Assembly: GCA_041497675.1 (NCBI GenBank) | Contig: JBGQGY010000072.1 | Coordinates: 1-19,416 of the forward strand | Direction: 5' to 3' | Length of the DNA: 19,416 nucleotides | From: a bacterium | Lineage (GTDB): Bacteria > Sysuimicrobiota > Sysuimicrobiia > Sysuimicrobiales > Humicultoraceae | Part shown: positions 6,797 through 15,044 of the stretch, piece after piece | How the letters are laid out: every line of letters starts with the position of its first letter | Numbering within the stretch: the first letter of the stretch is position 1 | Notes under the pieces: model-generated | The model's database searches: none | The model's input: only the letters and a program-made list of their open reading frames with translations | What the model was told of the DNA's origin: nothing | Position numbers and translations under genes: made by a program

Positions 6797-8199
6797 GGTG
6801 CGGTTCCCGTGAGCATGGGCGCCAGGTCGGCGGCACGGTCAATCAGCCGGATGTCCCACAGGTGCGCCAGCAGCGCCGCCGCGCGGTCGGCCGGCATCAC
6901 GAGCGCGGCGCAGTCCATGAACTTTTCGTGCAGGTCGTCGCGGGTCATCGGCTTCCGCGGGTGCCCTTTTGCCGCGTCGGCGCGCCCGGACAGGTGCCGG
7001 CCGTCCTTGAGCGCGATCCCCACCGTCATTCGCATCTCGTTGTAGCCCAAGGCCTCGATCTCGGGGTCCACATGGACGAAGACCCGCTCCATCAGAGCGC
7101 GGGTACGAGCATCGCTCACCTTGGCGTCGACGAACTGCGCGATGCCGGCCGCGCGCTCGAGCACGCCAATGGCCATTTGAAACTGGAGGCTGAACTTGCC
7201 CTCCAGGGCCGTCGTGGGCCGCGTGTGGATGAGCGCGTTGGGCACGTGCGAGTTGACGCCCACGTCGATGCGCTCGACCTGCTCGGGCCGCACGCCGTGG
7301 GTGCGGACGAGATCGAGGAGGACATCCTGGGCGGGGTGGGAGAGGGAGCCGGACGGGTACGGTTTGATCGAGATGCCGGGCTCGACGAAGAAGTACGGTT
7401 TGCCGAGTTCGCCGATGATCTTGGCGGCGTTAAACCCGCCGGCGGCCGCGCTGTAGAAACCGCGCTTCGCTTCGAGGATGTTCTTCGCCGCGGTCCAGCC
7501 GCGGCGCGCCAGGAGGACCGCGAACAGGCCGTTTTCCGCCGCACGGCCGGCGTGGAAGGGTTTCGTCATCGTCCCGAAGTTCTCGCGCAGACCGGCGCTC
7601 ATGCTGGCGGCCAAACCAAACGCGCGCAGCGTCTGATCGAGGTCGCCGCGGTAGAGCCGCGCCGCCGCTGCGGCCGACCCGAAGACGCCCATGGTGGCGG
7701 TTGAATGGAATCCATCGCGATAGTGCCTCGGGTCTACCGCGTCGGCGATCCGGCACTCCACCTCGACACCGACGATATAGGCGTCGAGCAGGGCGGCGCC
7801 GGAGGCACCCGTGACCTCGGCAGCCGCGAGCGCGCCGGCCAGTGCCGGTACTGTAGGATGGGTCAGCAATCCGTAGACACTCTGCGGGTCGGTGGCCAGC
7901 TGGGTGTCGTCGTAGTCCATGGCGTGACCGGCAGTGCCGTTCGCCCACGCGGCCCCCTGCTGCGGCGCGCGCAGGGTCGAGCCCACGACGGTCGCCTGCG
8001 CGATGCCGCCGACCTCGCGCAGGTGGGCGCGGACGATCGCTCCGCTGGCCTCAGTGGCGCCCGAAAGCATCACCGCGATGCCGTCGACCAGGTGGTTGGT
8101 CGCAAGGGCCCGGACGTCGTCGGGGATCTCCCGCGTCTCGACGACGAAGCGGGCGATCTCCCGGGTTACAGGCGGCGCGGCCACCTCGCTCACTGCCAT
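6793..8199 (-). CDS. MmgE/PrpD family protein
   Basis: NGTAGHAMDYDD, HPTVP, GFHSTAT, FGTMTKPFHAGRAA, KPYPSG, GKFSL, KGHPRKPM motifs. Confidence 0.95.
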   Translation of the reverse strand: MAVSEVAAPPVTREIARFVVETREIPDDVRALATNHLVDGIAVMLSGATEASGAIVRAHLREVGGIAQATVVGSTLRAPQQGAAWANGTAGHAMDYDDTQLATDPQSVYGLLTHPTVPALAGALAAAEVTGASGAALLDAYIVGVEVECRIADAVDPRHYRDGFHSTATMGVFGSAAAAARLYRGDLDQTLRAFGLAASMSAGLRENFGTMTKPFHAGRAAENGLFAVLLARRGWTAAKNILEAKRGFYSAAAGGFNAAKIIGELGKPYFFVEPGISIKPYPSGSLSHPAQDVLLDLVRTHGVRPEQVERIDVGVNSHVPNALIHTRPTTALEGKFSLQFQMAIGVLERAAGIAQFVDAKVSDARTRALMERVFVHVDPEIEALGYNEMRMTVGIALKDGRHLSGRADAAKGHPRKPMTRDDLHEKFMDCAALVMPADRAAALLAHLWDIRLIDRAADLAPMLTGTAP

Positions 8200-8939
8200 T
8201 CCATCACCACCACCTGTGTCGTCGCCGGCAGCTGCTCGCGGGTCAGGCTGAGCGTGTGACCGCCGAGCCGCCGGACGCTCGGTTTGCCTTCCAGAAACGG
8301 CCGCTCATCGACGCCCGGCCACGTCGGCGGCCGCAGCGGGGTCTTATAGTGCATCGGGATGACGATCTTCGGGCGGATCTGATCGACCAGCCGGTTCGCG
8401 TCGGGCACGCTGACCGTGGGACCGGTGCCGACGGGAATCATCAGGACGTCGATTGGTCCCAACGCCCGCAACTGACCGTCGCTGAGGGTCGGCTGGCCGA
8501 TATCGCCGAGGTGGGCGATGCGGACGCCGCCAGAGTCGATGACGAAGAAGGCGTCGAGTCCTCGAGGAGTTGTCCCCTGCTCGCTGTCGTGGAAGCCGGG
8601 TACCGCGTAGACCAAGGTCCCGCCGATACGTTCGTAGACACGATTCCAGTCGGCCGCACCAGGCACCAGTCCCCGGAAGACCCGCGGGGCTCCCCGCACC
8701 AGCCCGACGTTGTTGTGGTCGCCGTGCTCATGGGTGACGAGTACCACGTCCGCTTCGACCGTCGGGAATGGGTAGCCGATGTTGCCATACGGATCAATGG
8801 CGATACGCAGGCCGTCGGCCGCCGTGACAAGGAAGAACGACCAGCCAAGGTAGCGGATTGAGACCGGCCGCTGCTGGGCCGAGACCACCGAGACCGTCAG
8901 CAACGCAACGCTCAGGATCACCGCGATGAGAGTTCGCAC
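8190..8939 (-). CDS. Exported MBL-fold metallo-hydrolase
   Basis: Likely GTG start at 8939 gives signal peptide MRTLIAVILSVALLTVSVVSA-QQ; IDPY, THEHGDH (HxHxDH), HLGD and IPMHY motifs. The track's upstream extension to 9059 is not protein-like. Confidence 0.9.
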   Translation of the reverse strand: MRTLIAVILSVALLTVSVVSAQQRPVSIRYLGWSFFLVTAADGLRIAIDPYGNIGYPFPTVEADVVLVTHEHGDHNNVGLVRGAPRVFRGLVPGAADWNRVYERIGGTLVYAVPGFHDSEQGTTPRGLDAFFVIDSGGVRIAHLGDIGQPTLSDGQLRALGPIDVLMIPVGTGPTVSVPDANRLVDQIRPKIVIPMHYKTPLRPPTWPGVDERPFLEGKPSVRRLGGHTLSLTREQLPATTQVVVMEWQ

Positions 8940-8983
8940 TATGATCACCGCCCTTTGCCTGCTATTTGCGGCGAATCGAGGGG

Positions 8984-9000
8984 TGGTATACAATATGCCA
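8984..9000. promoter_or_regulatory. Putative GntR/FadR-family operator
   Basis: TGGTATACAA near-palindrome within the inverted repeat TGGTATA-CAA-TATGCCA, ~45 nt upstream of the MBL-PrpD-GntR operon. Confidence 0.55.
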
Positions 9001-9161
9001 TTCGAGAATGAGAAATTCCTGCAGGTGCCGCAATCCGCGACGAACCCGGAACTATCCATCGGTCCTGACGCTACTGGAAAGCGAGGAGATCATTTCGAGT
9101 CCGACCTTCGAGGCGACCAGCGTCACAGTCTACTCGAAGTAGCAGGTCCCCTCGGTCCTGC

Positions 9162-9200
9162 GGGAGGGGGTCTCCGGCCCCCTCCCCCCACCTTTTTGTT
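9162..9200 (+). terminator. Intrinsic terminator-like hairpin
   Basis: Perfect 9-bp stem GGGAGGGGG(9162-9170)/CCCCCTCCC(9178-9186) followed after 6 nt by TTTTTGTT. Confidence 0.6.
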
Positions 9201-9259
9201 GTGGGATCGTGCTGTCAATGATCGTGATGCGACACGGCATAACGGTGTTGCGCCGGCTC

Positions 9260-9973
9260 GTGACCTGGCGCGATCAGCCAATGCCCCTCCTCGATCACAT
9301 GGAGGACCTGCGGCGGCGGATCCTGTTTGCGCTCGCCGGGCTGTTCGTCACATTCTCGGTGGGGCTCGCAGAGCAGGATCGGCTGCTCCACTGGCTGCTG
9401 CAACCGGCCGGGGTGCGGCAACTGGTCGCGCTCACCGTGCTCGAGCCGCTGCTCGTGAAGTTCAAACTGGCGATGGTCTTCGCTCTGGTGGCGGGTTTTC
9501 CGTGGCTGCTGCTGCAGGGCTTGCTGTTCGTCGGACCGGCGATGTCGGAGCGTGAGTCACGCTACATCATGCCTATCACCGGGGCGTCGCTAGTGCTGGC
9601 CGTCCTCGGCGTTCTCTTCGGCTATTACCTCATCATGCCGATTTCGACCCGATGGCTGATCGACCAGGCCGGCACTGTGATGACCCTGCAGATCACCGCG
9701 TTGTCGTACGTCTCGTACGCCCTGTGGTTTCTGGCCGCGGCGGCCATCACGTTTCAGACTCCGCTCGTCGTGCTGGCACTGGTCGGCATGGGGGTGATCT
9801 CGTCGGCGCGGCTGCGGCAGGAATGGCGATACGTCTACGCGGCCATCACCATTCTGGCCGCGGTGATCACACCGGACTGGAGCCCGGTGTCGATGCTGCT
9901 GGTCGCCGCGGCGATGGTTGCGCTCTACGAACTGAGCCTGCTGCTGGCGCGCGCGCTGATGCCGGGGCGATAG
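9260..9973 (+). CDS. tatC: Twin-arginine translocase subunit TatC
   Basis: MPLLDHMEDLRRR, LFVGPAMSERE, FQTP, WRYVY, AAVITPDWSPVSM, LYELS. Start uncertain (9209, 9260 or 9281). Confidence 0.93.
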   Translation: MTWRDQPMPLLDHMEDLRRRILFALAGLFVTFSVGLAEQDRLLHWLLQPAGVRQLVALTVLEPLLVKFKLAMVFALVAGFPWLLLQGLLFVGPAMSERESRYIMPITGASLVLAVLGVLFGYYLIMPISTRWLIDQAGTVMTLQITALSYVSYALWFLAAAAITFQTPLVVLALVGMGVISSARLRQEWRYVYAAITILAAVITPDWSPVSMLLVAAAMVALYELSLLLARALMPGR

Positions 9974-9988
9974 CCCGCGCGGCGGTGA

Positions 9989-11089
9989 TTACATCGCGCT
10001 GAGGATGTGCCTCCAAAAAGATGCCAGCCAGAACTTGAGCCGCGCGACCCGGCCGGGCATGTCCTCCACGCCAAGGCGCGCCGCGATGCGCTCCAGGCGC
10101 TCGGGCGAAAGCTCGCCGGTCAGCGTCATGTCCACGCCGCGGACCTGCCAGTGGAGGATCGCCACATCGCCGACCTGCCGCGCCGTGAGACGCCCATCGG
10201 CCATCGGTACGTTCGCCGCCGGTCGCAGCGTGCGGCGCGCACCTTCGATGGCGCGGTGCTCGAACAGGCTGATCGTCACCAGTCCGTCGGTGTACTGCAG
10301 CACTGCGACCCGAGACGCGTGCGAGCCGCTGGCCATCACGCGGTCCAGAATGAATCCGCCGGAGAGTTCCGTCGGGACGATCGGCTGGAACCCCATACGC
10401 GAGGCGATCTCATCAGCGCGCAGCGGTTCGCTCGACGACAGGTGCCGGACGTTGATGCCGCGCGACGGCGTAAACGTGAAGCGATCCGCGGGAGGCTCCT
10501 GGTACTGGATCTCGGTGAAGGCCGCCGCCTGGGCCAGCGAGCCGTCGGCGTGGCGCCGCTCGCTGCGCAGGACCAGACCGGTTTCCTTGTCAAGCCACAA
10601 CAGCAGGGTCGGCCGGGGCTCGCTACGCGGCCGTACCGCGATCACGACCGCATCGCGGCCGGCGACCCGATCGTCACCGGTGATCGTAAGCGTGTAGTTG
10701 GTGCGTAACAGTGACAGCCGGTTGGCCGGCAGGCCATCGTCGCCCGGCATCGGGGACGGGGACTGGAGCGCCAGGTGAGCGGCCGGCTCGTACTGCCATC
10801 GCGCCTTGCCGTCGTCGATCACGAGGCGGCGCGGGCGCCCAGGCGTCGGGACGTATTCCAGACGATAGCGGGCCGGCGCCAGATGATCCACCTGCACCGT
10901 CGACGCTTCCGCCCCCGTGCTCGACCATAACATGACGACCTTCGTGCCTCGATACGATACTGACGCCGGCGCCAGGGCCGCGCGGTCCAGCCACGTCGTC
11001 GGCGCAGGTGTCTGCGCTGCCGCACGAGATATGCTCAGCCCGAGCAGCGCCAGCCCGACCAGCACACGCGCAGCCAGCCGCCGGTTCAC
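9989..11089 (-). CDS. MucB/RseB-like extracytoplasmic sigma-E regulatory protein (LolA-like fold)
   Basis: Signal peptide ending AAA-Q; SYRG, NYTL...DRVAGR, LWLDKETGLVLRSE, YTDGLVTISLFE, LTGELS; third gene of an ECF operon. Confidence 0.85.
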   Translation of the reverse strand: MNRRLAARVLVGLALLGLSISRAAAQTPAPTTWLDRAALAPASVSYRGTKVVMLWSSTGAEASTVQVDHLAPARYRLEYVPTPGRPRRLVIDDGKARWQYEPAAHLALQSPSPMPGDDGLPANRLSLLRTNYTLTITGDDRVAGRDAVVIAVRPRSEPRPTLLLWLDKETGLVLRSERRHADGSLAQAAAFTEIQYQEPPADRFTFTPSRGINVRHLSSSEPLRADEIASRMGFQPIVPTELSGGFILDRVMASGSHASRVAVLQYTDGLVTISLFEHRAIEGARRTLRPAANVPMADGRLTARQVGDVAILHWQVRGVDMTLTGELSPERLERIAARLGVEDMPGRVARLKFWLASFWRHILSAM

Positions 11090-11541
11090 CGGCTGTAGAC
11101 CTCCGGTTCGAGACCCAGCGATGCGTCGGTACCCACCAACGTCACCACGGCTTCGTCCGAGAGCGAATGCCAGGCCCGGTAGCGCGCGTGCTCATGAACG
11201 TAGCCGTCGACACTGACCGGCACTTGCCCGACCGGCACCAGCGCCACCGCCGCCGCAGTGGCGATCGCGAGCGTGGCCGGGATCACCAGACGAAAGACCC
11301 AGCGGCGCCGCGCCAACCGATCGTGTTCCTCAGCAACCCTGATGGCCAGATGCGTCCAAAAAGTGGCGCGCGCTGCGGGGGCGTCCGCCTGACGGACTAG
11401 CGAGCGGATCTCGCGCAGGGCATCAATCTCGGCGCAGCACTCAGCGCACGCCTCCAGATGGCGCCCGGCGTCTGCCGCGGCCCGCGGATCGAGCCGCCCA
11501 TCCAACAACTCAGTGAGCCGTTCACCCAGATGCATAGTCAT
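11086..11541 (-). CDS. Zinc-binding (ZAS/zf-HC2) membrane anti-sigma factor
   Basis: ATG overlaps the sigma stop (ATGA); H...LLDGRL...HLEACAEC (HxxxCxxC) followed by one TM helix. Confidence 0.9.
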   Translation of the reverse strand: MTMHLGERLTELLDGRLDPRAAADAGRHLEACAECCAEIDALREIRSLVRQADAPAARATFWTHLAIRVAEEHDRLARRRWVFRLVIPATLAIATAAAVALVPVGQVPVSVDGYVHEHARYRAWHSLSDEAVVTLVGTDASLGLEPEVYSR

Positions 11542-12212
11542 TTGTCCCGCACATATGACCGCAGGCGCTCCCGCATGAGGCACCGGCCCCGGTGTAGCCG
11601 TGAGCGGACTGTTCCCACCGCGCAGTTCATGGCGTGGGCCGCTTCCTCATACGACAGCCCTTCCAGATCGACCAGGATGATGGCTTGGCGGAACTCCCGC
11701 GGTAGCGTGGCCAGGACGCGATGGACCTGCTGGCTTGCCTCCGCGCGCGTGACGGCCTCATCGGGGTTGTCGCCCGGCTCCGCGGGCGGACGCACTTCCG
11801 GTTGATCGAGCGAGATCGCCGGATGCCGGCGCCGCCAGCGCACGGAGTCGATAAACGTGCGCGTCATGATGCGGTAGACCCACCGATCGAAATGTGTGCC
11901 CGGCTGGAATTTCGCGAACGCCCTGAGGGCTTCGAGGAAGGCGTCTTGGGTAAGGTCTTCGGCGTCGGCCTCGCTGCCGGTCATGCGGTAGGCCATGCGA
12001 TAGATGGCCGGTCCATGGCGGCCTACCAATGCCTCAAAGGATTCGGTCGGCTGCCGCTCCGCAACCTCTGCGGCCGCAAGTTGTGGGAGATCCGCTGCGA
12101 GCTCCGCAGAACGCACGTCGTCCACCTGTCTGACAAGCGTAGCGGCGCGTCGCAGAGTTCCCGCCGTCACTGGCGGCGGCCGTCCAACCACCGTCTGCTC
12201 GTCCTGCATCAT
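11538..12212 (-). CDS. ECF-type RNA polymerase sigma factor (RpoE/SigW-like)
   Basis: FEALVGRH..IYRMAYRMTGSEADAEDLTQDAF, FDRWVYRI, LPREFRQAIILVDLEGLSYEEAA, GTVRSRLHRGR. Start uncertain; the track's 12587 start overlaps the kinase. Confidence 0.93.
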   Translation of the reverse strand: MMQDEQTVVGRPPPVTAGTLRRAATLVRQVDDVRSAELAADLPQLAAAEVAERQPTESFEALVGRHGPAIYRMAYRMTGSEADAEDLTQDAFLEALRAFAKFQPGTHFDRWVYRIMTRTFIDSVRWRRRHPAISLDQPEVRPPAEPGDNPDEAVTRAEASQQVHRVLATLPREFRQAIILVDLEGLSYEEAAHAMNCAVGTVRSRLHRGRCLMRERLRSYVRDK

Positions 12213-12297
12213 CTTACTGCCGGGAGGACCACCGTGATGCCGACATCCGACCCGCCTGAGCACGACCGGCCCCGAGGGATGATATCCTAGAGAGGCT

Positions 12298-13476
12298 ATG
12301 CCGGTCGATCGCCGCCTGGACATCTTTCGTAGCATCGCCGAGCTGCTCAACCGCTCGTTCACGCTGCGCGAGGCGCTGGACGGGGCGCTGCAGCGGATTG
12401 TGCAGCTCATGGACGTTGAGGCCGGGTGGATCTTTCTGCTCGAGCCTGAGACCGCGCAGTTCCGTTTGGCCGCGGACGTCAATTTGCCGGCGGCGCTTGG
12501 TGTGGCCAGCAAGCGGCGGATGGCGGGCGAGTGCCGCTGCATCTCCTTGCTTCGCGAGGGACAATTCGACAAGCCGATCAACGTCATCCAATGCCTGAGG
12601 CTCGAACAGGCGTTGCCGGGGCAGACTGACCAGCACCGTCACGCGTCGGTGCCGCTCGTGGCACAAGACCAATCGGTCGGGATCCTGAACCTGCTGCTGC
12701 CGCCGGGCCGCGAGTTCAGCGCCGAAGAACTGAACATGCTCGAGTCGGTCGGTCATGAAGTGGCGATCACCATTCAACGGTCGCGGTTGTTCGAGCAAGT
12801 GCGCGACCAGGAACACACGCGGCGGCAGTTGCTGCAGCGCCTGTTGGTGGCGCAGGAGGATGAGCGGCGGCGCATCGCGCAGGACCTACACGATCACGCG
12901 GGGCAGATGATGACGGCGCTGATCATCCAGCTGGCGCAGTTGGCGTCGAAGGCCGAAGAAGAGGGCGCCGTCGTGGCCGGGGCGCTGCGCCACCTGCATG
13001 ACCTCGCACAACAGGGCCTCGATGAGTTGCGCAAGCTCGTCTACGAACTGCGGCCGTCGATCCTCGACGATCTGGGGTTGGGGCCGGCGGTCCGCTGGTA
13101 CAGCGATACATATGTGCGACCGGCGGGTCTGCAGACGGAGGCCCACATCGGGGAACTGGGCCAGAGGCTGCCGGCCGAGCTGGAGACCGTCGCTTTCCGA
13201 ATCATCCAGGAGGCGGCAACGAACACACTCCGGCACGGGCAGGCGTCGAAACTCGAAATCCGTGTCGACGTTCGGGGGGAAATGCTCTTGGTGATGGTGC
13301 GCGACGACGGCGTGGGCTTCGACCTCGACAGGAGTGACCGCGACCGGCGCACCCTCGGCCTCCACGGCATGCGCGAGCGCGCGCAGCTTGTCGGCGGCAC
13401 CCTGCAAATCTTGTCCGTCCCAGGCGTGTGGACGACCGTCCTCGCGCGCCTGCCGCTGAATCGGGAGGAGTCGTAA
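12298..13476 (+). CDS. Soluble GAF-domain histidine kinase (HisKA_3 type, AirS/YhcY-like)
   Basis: No TM segment; GAF with CRC-x17-C and HASVPL; EDERRRIAQDLHD H-box, RPSILDDLGL, RIIQEAATN, DDGVGF, LGLHGMRER. Confidence 0.95.
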   Translation: MPVDRRLDIFRSIAELLNRSFTLREALDGALQRIVQLMDVEAGWIFLLEPETAQFRLAADVNLPAALGVASKRRMAGECRCISLLREGQFDKPINVIQCLRLEQALPGQTDQHRHASVPLVAQDQSVGILNLLLPPGREFSAEELNMLESVGHEVAITIQRSRLFEQVRDQEHTRRQLLQRLLVAQEDERRRIAQDLHDHAGQMMTALIIQLAQLASKAEEEGAVVAGALRHLHDLAQQGLDELRKLVYELRPSILDDLGLGPAVRWYSDTYVRPAGLQTEAHIGELGQRLPAELETVAFRIIQEAATNTLRHGQASKLEIRVDVRGEMLLVMVRDDGVGFDLDRSDRDRRTLGLHGMRERAQLVGGTLQILSVPGVWTTVLARLPLNREES

Positions 13477-14130
13477 ATGGGCAAGATCCGGATTCTCATT
13501 GCGGATGACCACAGCATCGTGCGTGAAGGCGTGCGCATGATCCTGGCCGGCCAGGAAGACTTCGAAGTGGTGGGGGAGGCCGCGACCGGCCGTCAGGCGT
13601 TGGAGCAGGCCCGCGCGATCAAACCCGACATTGTGGTCATGGACATCAGCATGCCGGACATGACGGGCATCCAGGCGACAGAGAAGATCCGGAAGGAACT
13701 GCCCCAGGTGCAGGTGTTGGGGCTCACGATGCATGAGGAGGAGTCGTACGTTTTCGAACTATTGAAAGTCGGGGCGTCGGGCTACGTGCTCAAGCGCGCG
13801 GCGGCCGAAGATCTCGTCTCGGCGGTTCGCGCGACACATCGGGGAGAGGCGTTTCTCTATCCGTCGGTCGCCAAGATGGTCGTGCAGGATTATCTGCAGC
13901 GCACCTCGGCGAAAGAGAAGGCGCAAGCGCTGGATGGGCTCACCGAACGCGAGCGTGAGGTGCTGACGCTGATCGCCGAGGGACTCACGAATCAGGAGAT
14001 CGCCGGCCGGTTGTTCATCAGCATCAAGACGGTGCAGACCCACCGCGCGCACATCATGGAGAAACTCAACCTGCACGACCGCACGGAGTTGGTCCGCTAC
14101 GCGATCCGCAAAGGGTTGATCGAGGCCTGA
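13477..14130 (+). CDS. NarL/LuxR-family response regulator
   Basis: IADDH, VMDISMP, LTMH, GYVLK receiver; LTEREREVL...TVQTHRAHIMEKL HTH; GGAGG RBS, abuts the kinase stop. Confidence 0.97.
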   Translation: MGKIRILIADDHSIVREGVRMILAGQEDFEVVGEAATGRQALEQARAIKPDIVVMDISMPDMTGIQATEKIRKELPQVQVLGLTMHEEESYVFELLKVGASGYVLKRAAAEDLVSAVRATHRGEAFLYPSVAKMVVQDYLQRTSAKEKAQALDGLTEREREVLTLIAEGLTNQEIAGRLFISIKTVQTHRAHIMEKLNLHDRTELVRYAIRKGLIEA

Positions 14131-14140
14131 GCGGCGGCAT

Positions 14141-15043
14141 TCACTCCGCAGTCGGTACCCTGACGAGCAGGACCGGAGCCGCCACGTGAGGCAGCAGGCG
14201 CGCCGCGACACTACCGGTCCACACGGCGGCCATGCCCGCGCGGGCGTGGGTGGCCATCACAACGAGATCGACCCGATTCGCCGTCGCGGCTGCCACGAGT
14301 GCCTGTACGGGCTCACCCCGCTCAACCATCGCTTGGGCATTGACGCCTGTAGCGTCGATGCGCCCGCGCAGCCCTTCGAGATACGTGGCCGCGCGCTCGG
14401 CCTCGTCATCGAGCATTGCCGCGGCCGCGGTGGGCATGAGCTGTGCTGCCGCGGCGCGGTCGCCCGGCAGCGTCATGAGTGTCGGGACGACGTGGACGAG
14501 GAAGACCTCGGCACTGAAGGCTTGGGCGAGCGCGGAGGCCACGGGGAGCGCCGCCTCAGACGGCCCGGTCCCATCGAGGGGAACCAGAATCCTCCGGCAC
14601 GTAAACGGCGGCTGCTCGCCGCCCGCCGGCCGGATCAGCAGCACAGGGATCGTCCCGCTCCCAAGGACCTGCTGGGCCACGCGGCCGAAGAGCAGGTCGC
14701 GCAGGCCGCCGTAGCCGTGCGTGCAGATGACAATGAGATCGGCGCCCTGGGTTGCCGCGCGTGCCGCAATCGTCCGAGCGACGTCCTCCCGTTCGTGATC
14801 GACGATGCATTCAGCCGTGATGCGTTGCGCCGCGAGCCCTTTGGCCACGCCGTCGAGATACGCCTGCGCGTCTTGTGATCGTGTGAGATGCGGTTCGCCG
14901 TGCACGGTCTCGGGCGCGCCGTGCTCCAGGACATGCAGCAGCGTGACGCGAGCGCCGAGCCGTCCGGCCAACGCGCCGGTCGCCGGTAGTACGGCCGCGG
15001 CCAGTCGGGATCCATCCAGCGGAACCAACAGGTGCCGAAACAT
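14141..15043 (-). CDS. Tandem-domain universal stress protein
   Basis: MFRHLLVPLDGS...DLIVICTHGYGG..GRVAQQVL and RRILVPLDGT...DLVVMATHAR..GSVA; GGAGG RBS 8 nt before ATG 15043. Confidence 0.94.
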   Translation of the reverse strand: MFRHLLVPLDGSRLAAAVLPATGALAGRLGARVTLLHVLEHGAPETVHGEPHLTRSQDAQAYLDGVAKGLAAQRITAECIVDHEREDVARTIAARAATQGADLIVICTHGYGGLRDLLFGRVAQQVLGSGTIPVLLIRPAGGEQPPFTCRRILVPLDGTGPSEAALPVASALAQAFSAEVFLVHVVPTLMTLPGDRAAAAQLMPTAAAAMLDDEAERAATYLEGLRGRIDATGVNAQAMVERGEPVQALVAAATANRVDLVVMATHARAGMAAVWTGSVAARLLPHVAAPVLLVRVPTAE

Positions 15044-15044
15044 C

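Noticed and set aside
6862..7704. Long antisense and alternate-frame ORFs (e.g. 2047-2829, 6862-7704, 10005-10708, 12886-13734, 15094-15852, 16888-17877, 18040-18867)
   Set aside because: They are shadows of well-supported genes in high-GC DNA and show no recognisable motifs.
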